A stretch of 64,000 bases of DNA from Setoptus koraiensis (taxonomy: Eukaryota; Animalia; Arthropoda). Positions 1 to 12,759 of the stretch are shown here, piece by piece. The position numbers and the translations under genes were made by a program. The stretch covers positions 18,352,001 through 18,416,000 of the forward strand of contig CM106586.1 of NCBI GenBank assembly GCA_048013815.1. The letters are read 5' to 3'. Numbering within the stretch: the first letter of the stretch is position 1; every line of letters begins with the position of its first letter. The notes beneath the pieces were generated by a model. That model saw nothing but the letters and a program-made list of their open reading frames with translations. It did no database searches and had not been told where the DNA came from.

Positions 1-1
1 A

Positions 2-58
2 GCAGGGAACAAGGGAGTACTCAAGGAACAAGCTGAGGCCAAACCAAAAGCCTGCTAG
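2..58 (+). CDS. Possible 3' end of a gene entering from the left edge (AGNKGVLKEQAEAKPKAC*)
   Basis: Open frame 2-58 ending in TAG, followed by an AT-rich UTR-like region with AATAAA near 195. An alternative frame is also open to 36, so the frame is ambiguous. Confidence 0.3.
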   Translation, partial: AGNKGVLKEQAEAKPKAC

Positions 59-330
59 ATGATTCTTTTTTTTTCAGTGGTTTGTTATAGGCATGACCAG
101 GGCAATAAGAATGGAGTTCATAGCGAGTGGGAGATGATCCAGTAGCTAGGCCATTAGATGATATCGTATGTTAAAAATACATGCGCTATGTGAATAAAAT
201 GTTTTCAGTAAGACTCCATATAGAACTTATCCTGTGTGAAATGTGGCTCGAGTTGAGATGAGTTAATTTATTACAAATCTATGCTCTCGCACATTATTGA
301 TACCCTAACAGGTTTGATATAATCATTGAT

Positions 331-336
331 TTTATT
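331..336 (-). terminator. Polyadenylation signal AATAAA overlapping the RPL14 stop codon (second copy near 267-272)
   Basis: Plus-strand tttatt at 331-336; the stop TAA is 334-332. Confidence 0.5.
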
Positions 337-841
337 TTTTGGCCTTCACTGCCTTAGCGGATTTAGCGGCAGCAGCAGCGGGCTTCTTTTTATCTGTGTT
401 CTTCTTTTCTCCGTTCTTCTTGCTGGCTGCTTGTTTCTTTTCTTGAAATTTCAATTGTTTCACTTTTTCCTTGAGGAGTTTGTTTACCTTCTGTTTAAGC
501 TTGTAGACTTTGAATCTACCTAGGTCGCTTAAATCCTTTCTCCTTTTGTCAGCTAACAAACGTTTGAATTGGATTGATGACTTCCATTTTGTGTCAATAT
601 CGTTCTTTTTCCATTCACGTTCAACGACGGACGTTGAGGCACTGTGTTCTAAATTGATCTTGTGTTTTGTCAGACGGAGCCTCTTGAATCTGATTGGTTG
701 CCTTTTCACTTTAGAGCAGGGACCATCAACTAGGGCTCTGTTTTGGTCGATAACATCGACGATGGCCACAGGTCGGCCAGCGTTCCTTCCATAGCTCACG
801 TAGGCAACACGGCCAATTTCAACGAGATGCTTGATTGCCAT
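332..841 (-). CDS. RPL14: 60S ribosomal protein L14 (eL14), intronless CDS, 169 aa
   Basis: MAIKHLVEIGRVAYVSYGRNAGRPVAIVDVIDQNRALVDGPCSKVKRQ matches the eL14 KOW-domain signature (VEIGRVA...IVDVIDQNRALVDGP). Lys/Ala-rich C-tail. The ATG is preceded by an acceptor-like ctag|G, suggesting a 5'UTR intron (possible donor GTATGA at 1100). Confidence 0.97.
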   Translation of the reverse strand: MAIKHLVEIGRVAYVSYGRNAGRPVAIVDVIDQNRALVDGPCSKVKRQPIRFKRLRLTKHKINLEHSASTSVVEREWKKNDIDTKWKSSIQFKRLLADKRRKDLSDLGRFKVYKLKQKVNKLLKEKVKQLKFQEKKQAASKKNGEKKNTDKKKPAAAAAKSAKAVKAKK

Positions 842-2712
842 CCTAGATTATAAATGGAGAATGTCTATTATCTTGGCTATAAATGTTTTGTGTAAATGAA
901 ATTATAAATAACTAAGCGATGACCAATATAATTTGTTATAATAATTGTTCCGATAATGATTATGTCCAATAGCCCAATAATAATAGTGACGGTAATGTCG
1001 ATCTGTCTAGCATGCCTTCGAATTGAAAACGGAATGCCTCCGATCGCATGAGTTTTCACCATTCGCTTCCACAGAGCACATGCACAAACTCTGCTCATAC
1101 TTCCGGACGTGCATTTCTGTGCCAACGAGGATTTGAGCAGCAAAATTGCGGCTCTTCACATGCAGGAATGAAGCAGTCTTTAGAACATTGCAGAACAGCG
1201 CATGATTCTATTATACGGCGCGAACGAGAGGAATTCTTGACATTTGGCGCCAAGTTCAAAGCTCTATTTTTTTTTTTAAATCTGACCAACTTTCGAAGAA
1301 CATTTCCAAAAGATAACGTCCTCCGGCAAATCCTTTTCAAAATTAACAGAGGCTCAAGGAAGTTAAAAATTGCCACCGAAATATACTAGCAGGAAATAAT
1401 CAATCCACTGATATCGATGAAATCGTCATTGGCATTATGAGCATGGGGAGCGGTTTCGTCTAGCATCTTGCAGACCAGTTAAAACTTTTTCACCATGATG
1501 CCAACTTTACTTTTGATTTTCACCGAGAAATAGTTGAGTATTGTCCCAACAAATACTTACTCGTAGCTAAGATTTTTCCAAGATTGTGTGAATATACTCG
1601 TCTTAGTGCCACAATTTATGTGACACTGACCCACGCTTGATGCAATGTTTGCAGTGCAAACTTTGCACCGATTTGCGACGAAGCATCAGTTTTCACGAGA
1701 TTTGTCGTTGGATTTAACGGATTTTCACGGATGAAATATGTATATCGTGATGTGCCGGTGTCGAAATACAAGTTTGACAGATCGAGTTTTTTGTGAATTC
1801 TGGCGCACTCAAAATTCATAGCTGGTAATTGATTGATCCCAAAACAATGAATGATTAAGCTGGGTATGTTTGTTTTTATTCATTGAAACAATTGCGAGAA
1901 CATTTTAATTCTCTAATAATGAATATTTTTAACAACTTTTGAATCATGACTAGAGTTTGACTGTTAAATTTTGCTCATAAATACTGTGGTGACAATTGTA
2001 ATCAAAAATCTAAAAAAATGTTCCATAATAATGTCTGTTGTGATTGTGCACATGGTAATTGTCAACCATTTTACTTTTGAGATAAAACTCATCGGGTGAT
2101 GTAACATGTGAACTGGTTTTATTTTAAAGCTCCATCTGTATAATTGTAACGAATGAGCTGAATCACCCACTTGTAGGCTCCTTTTTCCTGGCTGAGATTG
2201 AGCTCCGTTCTCGATAACATGTACATTTATGTGAGATGGTTGTGCATTGGATGGCTATAAGGTTAGTGGTTGTGAGCGGTTGTGAGAAAAAATGCGAGGA
2301 GGAAACATATGAACACATAATTATTATTTTATAAATATATTGTTGTTGATCGAGGTAATAATAATAACAGTAATGCTGTTATGTTAGTGCCGGTAGTAAA
2401 GGCCAGTTTAGGTAGTGGTGGCAATAGTAGTTTTAGTGTTAGCAAATGGCAAGTGAATTGGTAGCTAACCAAGTATAGGTTTTGGCTGGCTTATATATTT
2501 ATAGTCGACATTTTGGAACTTCCTGGCAAACAAACAACAATCATACGTGCGCGCTTAGAACTAACTATTTGGCCATAACCAGTTGGCTACTGGACTTGCC
2601 AACAAATTGATTATCAGCCAGTTGATTTAGTGTCTAGTCGTGATTCATGAATAGTAGCCATTAACATGGCTACTACAATGTCGATGTGAGTAACGTCAAA
2701 AAGAAGAAGAAC

Positions 2713-2748
2713 GACAACAGCAACAGCAACAGCAGCAGCAGCAGCAGC

Positions 2749-2783
<35 letters not shown>
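2713..2783. repeat. (CAG/CAA)n trinucleotide microsatellite
   Basis: Direct reading: acagcaacagcaacagcagcagc...aacaacaacaa. Confidence 0.9.
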
Positions 2784-5131
2784 GTGGAAGTAACAACAAC
2801 AGGAAATTTGCATATGTACGACGACTAATGTTGCTCTCATCGATAGTAGCTTCCTATTTATGAATGGCCAGCCAGCCGGCCGGACACATGATTATGTGAT
2901 GCTGATGATGCTAATCTGATTGATTATAGAAGAGTGGGATAGATTAGGGAAATGAACGACGTCGTCTTTGTCAGTTGTGTAGCTAGATTGGTACCTTGTT
3001 GAGCAACTTGTTAACCATAAGCCCATGTTATAAATGTACGGTGTTATCACACATAGAGGAAGGTTATTATCTCCAATAAAGGTTGTCTAACTCACCCAAA
3101 GTGAGAGTGAGAGTGAAACCACTACCGGTTATCTGAAAATATCCATCTATGCAAATGTGATGGTTGTAATAAGTTTATCGATAATGCATCGCATTCTCTT
3201 ATTATTACATAACTATTATAGCATGATAGTTATAGATATATAGTTATAGATATATGTAATGTATGAATATGGCTCTATGGTTTATTTGAGTTGACGCTGG
3301 CCACCATCAGCATGGGCACTACCAGTTGTCTAGAAGGGATAGTTTAGTTGTTGTCGTTGCCGTTGTCGTTGTTGTCGTTGTTGGTCTACACAGTTGAGTT
3401 GCAAAAATACAATCACCAACCAGACAACGCCAACAACAACAGCTAAGGTACACAGGTGGACTAACTGAGACTAGCTAACATTTCTGGCACAATTGAGCGG
3501 ATACTTTATGTATGCTTATGTTGTTGTTTCTATCGTGGTTATAGCAATAGAAAAGTGCTAGCTTAATGATATTATTTATAATGGTGCACATTTTATCCCG
3601 CTCAGCTTGTCGTTGCAACCTCCATTAAGCCTCCGCTTGATTGACTGGCCCGCCAATTGGCTTCTGCCTAGCTAACTGGCTAGACCAAATGACTCACTGA
3701 CTGCTGGCTTGTTTTTTGTTTGTTTGCTGGGCTTGACTCATTAAATCTCAGTGTGACGAGGCTAAAGAGACAACGACGTACAACTCTCTTTGTATTAATA
3801 GCTCAACAGATATACAGCGTATAGGTACTAAGTTTTAGGATACTCATTGCATGGCATCATGGTAGCTCATTGGCTTATATCCATTCACGTAACAGTATCA
3901 TTTATCCGTTGTAGGCTAACAACCGTAACAAAACACCATCATCGATAGTAATAATATTTTTATATTTAATTTATATCGAGTCAAAGTAGTTGTATCCCTC
4001 TGTTTGCATTTGTCATGCTTATTTTATCATGATCGGGCATCATCAACACAACATCAGTTCATCTTGACGAACCGATGATTGCAGACACAATCACTCCACG
4101 CCAGTGAGAATTGAGGCCCGTGATGGGTCGTCGATACATGCAATAATTTATTCGATATAAAATAATTTGTTTCGTCAAGTCTCACAACAGCCACAGACAC
4201 AGCGACAGCAACAACAACGGCAACAACAACAGCAACAACAGAATAATGATTGACGAATCCGCTCGGTGTGTGGGGCAGTAATATACTATTACGTCATCAG
4301 CAAATAGTATGCAAATAAAGAAAAAGAACAATACACACACACTACATTACGTTTGAGGGCGCCAGGCATGAGTGGCCCATTGAAATCAGTTGAATAAATA
4401 TTATAGATAGTAAAGTTATTGATTCGCGTGAGCGACAGTGTGCGAAAGTAAATTCACTGCCAACAATTACATCACATGCATACGACAATAAACAATTCAA
4501 CAAAAACAATACATGTGATTGTTGTTGACAAGCATCGATTGTAGTAGTAACATAACAAGTGGTGCTGTTGGTGTGTCAACCCATTCAGTGAAATCAACGA
4601 GCGCGACATGCTGAGCAAACAAGTGGATAAATCATTGTCATAATGTATTTCATTAATTCGTATAATACTGGCCACACTGATCATAACTCAACAACAACAA
4701 CAACAAGCTCATTGTCTGGCACATTTAAGGTCAATGAGAATCTCACTACAACAACAAACGCGAGCGACCTCCAGCAAGGGCAGCTCGCGAAATTAGTGCC
4801 AACAACAGAGGAGCGCAACAACGATACCTTCATCGATAATAGATTGATACCACCTAGACGGGCGACGTGTGTTAGTAATAACGAATGCGTCTCATTAAAT
4901 CACCTTAGACAGCAGCAACAGATGACAGCATCGAAGTGGTCGCAACAACAGGATGAGCATCAACGTCACCATCGCGATCAACGTGAAATAAGAATAAGAA
5001 GAAATTTTAATGATGAACAAGAGACTATATCAAATGTCAAGAGAAAAACAAATAATTATATTAGCAGTAGTGGCAGTAGGAGTAGTAGGAGTAGTTTTAA
5101 AGAACAATTAGTGATTGTAGTTTTAACCAAG

Positions 5132-6524
5132 ATGCCATCGTTAACAAATAAGTGTGTTATAATATTATTGCTAACAACAAACCTGTTACCTGTGCTAGTT
5201 GAGTCGGCCAATCTCGATTTACAGCAGCAGCAACAGCAACAGCAGCAACAACGACAAACAAATCAACAACAAGTGCACCAATTGCACAATATCAACATCA
5301 AACAGACTGCAACTGGACATGATACAAACAATGAAAACAACGACAACAACAACGGTATTGCTCAGCAACAAGCAACAGAGACACTTATACTGGTCGCCAA
5401 TGATAATGCTCAAAATGTGCCACCCTTTCAAGCGGCCGGGACCCCATATCCGGTTGGGCCAACTGCCGCGCAATTAATCCATGGCCAGCAGCAGCAGCAC
5501 AATGACGAGCTTCAATTACAGATACTTCCGTTTTCGTTGTATCTACCGACAAATACGGTTAGCCTGTTGCAAAGCGCTAGCTCGCAACAAACAGATTCTG
5601 TGAATGTAAATACAAATCAGCAACAACAACAACAACAAGCAAACTGTGATAGTTTACAATGTAATATCAATCAACAACAACAACAACAGCATCAAGGTTC
5701 GCCAGCTATATCATTGTTGTCCAACGACGAATTGGAGGAGGCTCTGTCCAGCAACCAAGAATCAATGGGTGGCGGCTTCAATCAAGACGACAGTTTGGAT
5801 TTTAACGTTGGCGGGGGCCGTTACAACAATAATAATGGCAAGCGCCCATCGAAACCTAACTCTGGCTGGCCGAATATGCGCCAATTGGATAGACGCGGAT
5901 TATGTATGCTAAGATTGCCGAGTAGCGGTAGTAGTAGTGGTAGTAGTAGTGGTAGTAGTAGTGGTAGCATTAGTGTGTCATCTAGTAGTAACTCTCCGAA
6001 TTCACTTCAATCATTTACATCTAGCTCTACATTGTCTTCCATAACGGATAATTTAGGTCCTGGTGGTGCTGCGGCCAACAGTGGTTTGGGCGGTGGTAGT
6101 AGTGGCGGTGCAAACTCTAATGATAACTTTGATATCGATATTTATTTATTCAATAGAAACTACGCTGACTATAGTGATTATAATTATCTTGAGAAATACA
6201 ATCAAGACATCGGAATCAAAGAATTGAAACAATCCCGTTTCGATCCTACGATACCCACTTACATTATAATACACGGCTTCAGGGGCTCTTGGGCGGGCAA
6301 GCCGTGGCAAAAGGATATCAAAGATCTGATATTGGCACAAATAAATGCCAACGTTCTCATAGTGGACTGGTCACAGGGCTCAAAGCCAGCCTTCGAGTAC
6401 GATTATCCGCGGGCTGTAATGAACAGTCACCGGACGGGTCAAATGATGGCATTGTTTGCAAGAAAACTAATCAATGCCACTCAAACGGATCCGAAAAAAT
6501 TTCACCTGATCGGTTACTCTCTGG
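5132..6524 (+). CDS. Pancreatic lipase-family (lipase member H/I-like) protein, exon 1
   Basis: Signal-peptide-like MPSLTNKCVIILLLTTNLLPVLVESA at 5132, about 330 aa of Q/N/S-rich linker, then IIIHGF, NVLIVDWSQGS and GYSLG (catalytic Ser); donor G|GTGAGA at 6524/6525. The frame is open upstream to ATG 4643. Confidence 0.9.
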
Positions 6525-6678
6525 GTGAGATAATAAATAGATATATATATATTTACAACACAAGCCCAGCACGTGTGCTGTCAAAGAGTTGTTAACATAC
6601 AATTTACTACTCTACTCAATTAACTAATCCAGTCAATTCTCAACAAATTGTCCCTCACAACTGTCTGTGTATCATCAG

Positions 6679-6750
6679 GGGCGCACATAGCGGGATATAT
6701 TGGTCAGGCTGTGCCCAATGTGGCGCGCATAACCGCTCTGGATCCCACAG
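6679..6750 (+). CDS. Lipase exon 2 (GAHIAGYIGQAVPNVARITALDPTG; catalytic Asp)
   Basis: catcag|GG acceptor and ACAG|gtaagt donor, phase 1/1; completes GYSLGAHIAG and RIT.LDP motifs. Confidence 0.92.
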
Positions 6751-6873
6751 GTAAGTTGGCGCGGTCTAAAAGTCACGCTACATCAACTATATGAGTCATG
6801 GTCATTTCATTGATGAGCGACACGAAAAAACTAACTCATACTTTAAATTATTATTATTATTAACGTTATTAAG

Positions 6874-7074
6874 GTGTTTGCTACGAAGAAGAGGATCACG
6901 AAAGAAAGTTAACAAGAGATGACGCAACCACTGTAGTGGCCATTCATACAAATGGTCGCACATTGGGCACCAAATCAAACGTGGCCGATTATGATGTTTT
7001 CATAAATGGAGGAATGAATCAGCCCGGTTGCTCGAGGCCCTCAACAGAGATAATTAAATTGTTGACTTTCAGAG
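6874..7074 (+). CDS. Lipase exon 3 (KLTRDDATTVVAIHTN...DVFINGGMNQPGC)
   Basis: ttaag|GT acceptor and AGAG|gtttgt donor; matches the L...DA.FV..IHT and D.Y.NGG..QPGC lipase motifs. Confidence 0.9.
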
Positions 7075-7175
7075 GTTTGTGAGGCTCCAATGAGAGCAAT
7101 TGGATCATTGAGTTTGATTTTCTACAAACGACAATGACATGACGTAACTAACCGATTTTATTCAATCATCATCAG

Positions 7176-7283
7176 ATCACTCTTTTGCGTGCAGCCATCG
7201 ACGAGCCCATTTATTGGTGGCCGAGAGGCTCGGATTTTGCATGATAGTCGCCTATCAATGCTCCAGCTACGAGGCCTTCAAAC
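7176..7283 (+). CDS. Lipase exon 4 (DHSFACSHRRAH; catalytic His)
   Basis: atcag|AT acceptor and AAAC|gtaagc donor; CSH.RA motif followed by C.SYEAF. Confidence 0.9.
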
Positions 7284-7426
7284 GTAAGCACCACGACCGA
7301 TGCTAATGACCAATCATCATTACAAAACAACTAACTCGATTAATTTAAATATTTAATTTTTTTTTTAATTTATTCAATACAATTGGCACAATGTAACAAT
7401 ATATTATAACAATGTGTAATATACAG

Positions 7427-8381
7427 TTGGCGAGTGCGGCTACTGCGACAAGAACAACAATCAGTGTGTATTGACTAATCTCATTGAGCAGTTGCCAATA
7501 CATTCCTGGTTTTCGTTGTACAAGCAGCAGGGATTTACGCCCGACGACAGTGCCACAAATTCAAACATCAACACAAAGCCAACAACGGATCAGGTGGCGC
7601 CCCCGCAAATGAAATTCACCAACAGCAACAACAAACAGGATGACAATGTCAAATGGTTTGTGGATCACTCAAAACAATATCACGTGCTCACCTCGAAAGC
7701 AAGCCCGTATTGTTCGTTTCATTATCAGGTGATCATAGAGACAAACAGAAGATGGCGCGACGACACTAAGAGGCCCGTGTTCAATGTTGAGTTGCTAGCA
7801 TCAATTGACAGCAACAACGAGGGCCCCGATCAGCTAAACAACGAACAGGTGACAGTTGGTGCCCAGTCTAAAATTCAAACTGTCAACGTGAAAGTGTCAC
7901 ATTTTGTCACCAACACTTACGCCATTGATAATCTGAGCAAGAGACGCCAGTATGTTTCCATAAGTGCCAACAGTATAAATGGGGCCCTGTCAGCGCCCCC
8001 TGTAATAATGAATCAGAAGCAGCAGCAGCAGGCCAATGATAATAATGCTGGCCCCACTGTCGCTAGCTCCGCAAACACATTGGCCTCTCAGAAGCGTTTG
8101 GCCAGCAACGCGGCCGTTGCTGGCCAACAGGTGACCAATTTGAATTCGCAAGCACAACAAGCTGCCAATATATCACCAACCAATGAGAGCGGGCCAACTC
8201 CTACTGGCGCCACCTATAGCGAGGACATAATGACTGCCCTGTTGCTGATTGAGGCCAACGATCAAGCATTCCAATACATGCCACTAAGATTTAGCCAGGC
8301 AAATGTGTCGTGCAACCAGCAAGAGGCCCTCGACAGTATCAAGCGAATAACCGTCAACTACATGAGCCACAGCAACTACAG
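7427..8381 (+). CDS. Lipase exon 5 (GECGYC; LTSKASPYCSFHYQV, start of PLAT-like domain with low-complexity inserts)
   Basis: atacag|TT acceptor in frame with ORF 7471-8385; donor AG|gtgagc at 8381/8382. Confidence 0.85.
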
Positions 8382-8538
8382 GTGAGCAATTATAGAAACC
8401 TTTATATTATAGAAATTATAGATAACTAATAGATATGAATTGCGTAACAACTCAACTAACTGATTAAACTGACCACAACTTAATTAACTATATACTTTTC
8501 AACTATAACACTGACACGATCTTTGCGCGCCATGACAG

Positions 8539-8974
8539 GATTCGCGGAGAGTACTCGTCGCGACTCTGTCCTTCGATAGCTCAATCGCAACAAGCCACCA
8601 TCAATTTAAATTCAGTCAATCAAATGTCAACAGGTCAACCACAACAATCAATTCTCATGACGCAAGCCAACCAACAAACCGATCAAGCGCCACAGGTTAT
8701 CGGGGGCAACAAACGATCGTCGCAAATAATAAATCAGGTCAACAACAACCAAAACAACGACGCCACAACCTCGTCAACTGGCATTAATGGGGCCAATTCA
8801 AAGCCCACAGGCAGCGCTACAAGCGGCTCGTCACCCCCAAGTAGCAAATCAAGTTTTCTCTCATCCATATTCAATATTGGCAATAAATCTAGTATGAAAT
8901 TTCTATCTGTTAGCAGCGGAAACAAGAGCAAAATGTTGAGCACCAGACTGTTCACATCGGAATCGCTTTGTTAG
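8539..8974 (+). CDS. Lipase exon 6 (terminal; RIRGEYSSRLCP then Q/N/S-rich tail)
   Basis: gacag|G acceptor in phase 2, continuing into ORF 8624-8974. The six exons sum to 3165 nt (1054 aa plus stop). Confidence 0.78.
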
Positions 8975-10328
8975 TGCCCATTCAACAAGACAAATTGTTA
9001 TTATTTATTTTTGTTTGTCACATGTAATACATACATCATCAGCATTGTTAAATTACCATAGTGTTTTCAATTTTATAGTTTGTATCTATCACTCGAAATT
9101 ACTCTCGAAGTAAACCCGTTCAGCATGACACCCATTCCAACCGGATTCTCGTCTTTTTAGATCGTAGGCAGGTTACGAACGTAGATCTTTTTGGCGACCT
9201 CGAAGATGTCTTTCGTTGTCCCGGAAAATGCTAAATTTTCGAAATGTCTAGCCCGAAAAAAATCTATCACTCGCATTCGCCTACATATTTAACCGACCGA
9301 GCGATGGTAAACAGTAATGGTAAACAGGCGTGCGAATTTGTAAAATTATCTCAAAAAAGTGCACTTTTTGCGAAAAATGTTCGTTCAACGAGACTGGCCT
9401 CAGAGTTGTCGCAACATGTGCCATGGCTCACCGAAGAGCACCGGCTTTTTCGGACATTCGTGAATTGTTGACAAATCCATGCTTGCCGTGAATCTGGTTA
9501 TCTAGCAGATAAGTCAAATCAATTCGAGGTTAATTTTCGCTTTTAATGCCAGATTTCGGCAGCGATTCGTTTCGCGTTGACATTACATTTTCAGTCCATT
9601 GGCACTAGCCTGGTCATTTTTATCTGCCATCAACCATAGCTTGTTAGCTGGCAAGCGAGCCACGCTTTGTATCTCTATTGTATATTTGTATGTCCGGTTG
9701 TCGTAGCTTACACGCCGGACACACAAACGGTGGCGCCCAGATGGCGCCTAAATCATAACAAGTCACGGCCAGAGAGGATAAAAGGACGAGGATAAAAGGT
9801 TCGGCTGGAATGGCCGTTATCGGTTGATCTGAAAAGTTGTCAATTTATCCAAGTCAGACAACAATGAATTGTGTGCACCGTGAACAGTGACTGTCGTTAC
9901 AATGCGTATTGTTATTGTTGCAAGTTACGTAATCGTAACGGGATTTTGGCATTTTGTTTGAAAAATAATCAAGTGCGAGCGGCAATTTGAGAAGAAAAGC
10001 TCAATGTGAGCGATTGTTTTCGCGCAACTGGGCGCAATTGTTGGCGATGTTACGCCGATAGCACTGGCCGAACGCTGCTGACCAATCAGCATGACTCAAT
10101 CGAGTAAATCAAACACAGTGACAAATGGCCACTTGGTTGACTTTTTGCATTGGTCAGTGTTTTTGTTAATTAGTTGCTTGTACGGTTTGTTGCTGTTCAT
10201 TGTTTGCTGTCAAATTATTGCCACTCTGGTCTGGGCAATATGGGCAAAATTGTTATTATCAGGGGGCGAGAGTGTGAGCCATTCGAGCTGGGCCAAACTA
10301 ATAAAGTGGGCCCAACAAACAAGCCACC

Positions 10329-10430
10329 GGCCTCTGTTGGCCATGGGGCCTCTGTTGGCCATGGGGCCTCTGTTGGCCATGGGGCCGTCGGGATGTGGAG
10401 CCGTCGGGATGTGGGGCCGTCGGGACGTGG
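10329..10430. repeat. Composite tandem repeat: 18-mer GGCCTCTGTTGGCCATGG x3 followed by 16-mer GGCCGTCGGGATGTGG x3
   Basis: Direct reading. Confidence 0.9.
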
Positions 10431-12678
10431 GGCCGCTGGCTCGAAAGCAACAACTGGCGGCCCGAAAGTTGCCAGAGTGGCGAGATTTTTCGAATCAATC
10501 AAGTGAGTCAACTCTTTATCTGGCTGGCCGCTGCAAATCCCATTACCAGCACACTACGCTTTGTACAGTATACACTGTGTACATGGGGCCCGCACCGTTG
10601 CCTGGCAGCCGGCAACGGAACGTGCCGCTGATGAGTGTGTGGGCCGCAAAACAAACGGGGCCCCAAAACAGCGAATGGCAAATATTAAGTTATGTCACCG
10701 GCACTTGTTTGCGGCGCTTGCTGCTGCTGGCTGCTGCTTGCTGGCGCTTGGGGGTGCTGGCTGGTGCTGGCCGGCGCCCCAGCGCGACTTATTGGCCAGT
10801 GGCCAGTCGCTCAGCAAAAAGTTGTTTGCCGTTCGCACAACGCCAGTCACTGGATACTAGTGGGCCCCACTAATTTACTAACTCGCCGGCCAGCTAACCA
10901 AATGATGATTATGCCCTCCCCCCCCCCAAAATGGCGCAATTTCGTCTCGATCTAGTTTGTCTGGTCTGTGCCAGTGACCGCTCAATCTAAATCTTTCGCT
11001 CTATTGATCTAGGCGCCAGCGCACGCCACTACAATCCAGTCAAGACTAGATACAGGCCGGCCTCTGGCGCGCCGTGGAGCCAACTGAGCAAATATTGGTC
11101 AGTTGGGTCAATATTATCAATCATCTGGCACTCCATTCTATTACGTGGGGCCCGCCGGTTTGCGCCAGTTTGCGCCACTCTGAGCCAGTGCGCGCCACTC
11201 TGAGCCAGTGCGCGCCGGTTTGCGCCAGTGCGCCCCAGTTTGCGCTCGCCCGTCATTGTTGGCCCGTTATTGCTGGCCCGTCGGCCCGGTGGCAGCCATA
11301 TTTGTGCCGGGGCCGGGCCGGCCTATGGGCGCGCCGCGCTGCCAAGTGGGCCGGCAAATATCGGTCACAGTGGCACACTGGCGATTGTACTCTAGTTAAT
11401 AGAGATATCGGCCGCTGGCCGCTAATGGAAAGTGCAGCGTCGGGCCCCAAAGATGACGCGCCTGTCATACATTATTGGATTACTGGCTGGCTGGCATCGA
11501 TGTGTCAAGTCAGTGTTGTTGTCCGCTCGTCGGGGGCAATCAGTTGACTTGTCGCATCATGCAAAGATAGTCTCACTGTGCCAGCGGGCCTCTCCACTGA
11601 GCGGGCCTCTCAGTTGCGGGACCCGCGCTCCGGTCCGAGTGGCACAGCCGCCCGCGCGGTCTGGCCCGGCCGCCCGGTTGGCCGCCCGGCTGCCAGGGGT
11701 CAGCTGGCCAGCCGGGCCTCTTAATGCAATTATATCATTGTTACACAACGCCCATTAGTGCGGCCAGTGGGCGCCAACTGGCCCAGCGACAACAAAGCGA
11801 CACAAGCTCGTCTCGGTGTCTTGCCAAGACAGTCTCGGTGCCCGCTGGCTTATGTCAGCCGGGCGCAAAAGTCAACTGAGCTCGCCCCAAAACTTGGGCC
11901 CTTTCAGTCACTGGGAGCGTCCGGTCGCTGGAAGCGCCAAATCGCGGGCCTCACTGGCCACCAGTGCGGCTGTCGGGTGCTAAAGGGTGCAAAGGGTGCG
12001 AAAGGGTGCATGGTCGGGCCGCTCGCCGCTTATTTGTGCGGTGCGCACAGTTTTGCGCAAACAATCTTCTTGGCGAAATGGATGGCCACGGCGCCGCGAC
12101 CAGAAATCGACCGCCGACGAGCTTGCCAGACCGGCGTGACACTGGACAGCGTAGCCCGGGGCCAGCGCAGCAATTAGTTGCGCACCCAACTTAATGATCG
12201 AGATGAGAGCTCGCTCATTAGCTGCTTGAGTCGGGCTTGCGCTCGCTCAATTGCGCTCGCTCCAGTGACCAGTGGCCAGTGTCCAGTGTCCAGTGTCCAG
12301 TGGCCAGTGGTCAGCCTGACAGTTGCAATGTGACGACGCGTCGCCATATCGCACCAATCTACTTAAGTCGCCCGCTGGGCCGGCTGGCGCTTGTGTCCGG
12401 CCCGCCGGGCGAGCCTGAGCAAACAAGCGAATTGTTTTCAGCGAATTGAGCCGGTCCGATCCGGCCCGATATTGGCTCGCGGGACAGCTCAAGCGTGACC
12501 GATCTGTGTGTCGCTGCAACTATCGTCATGTCCGCTCGCGCTTGCATACCCTCGTGGGCATACCCAAAACACCAAAATAAATAGGTGTTGTGTTTCTCAT
12601 TATCGCGACCGGCCCACCGTGCGGCGCATCGCGCTCGTCAGGATAATAATTACTATTTTGTCGGGCGCGCGCCTGTCT

Positions 12679-12759
12679 ATTCCGTCAATTCCGTCGATTC
12701 CGTCGATTCCGTCGATTCCGTCGATTCCGTCGATTCCGTCGATTCCGTCGATTCCGTCG
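12679..12759. repeat. 9-mer ATTCCGTCG x9
   Basis: Direct reading; explains the SIP/DGI/RRN periodic ORFs. Confidence 0.95.

Noticed and set aside
843-1100. Possible snoRNA in the putative RPL14 5'UTR intron
   Set aside because: Two weak hairpins are present, but no properly placed H/ACA or C/D boxes.
1961-2080. Cys-rich 39-codon frame (YCGDNC...CCDCAHGNC)
   Set aside because: No ATG, and no splice acceptor yields an open frame into it; likely chance.
9495-9506. 12-nt match to miR-9 (TGGTTATCTAGC)
   Set aside because: The seed differs, there is no precursor hairpin, and it is explained by a local TTATCT/AGATAA palindrome.
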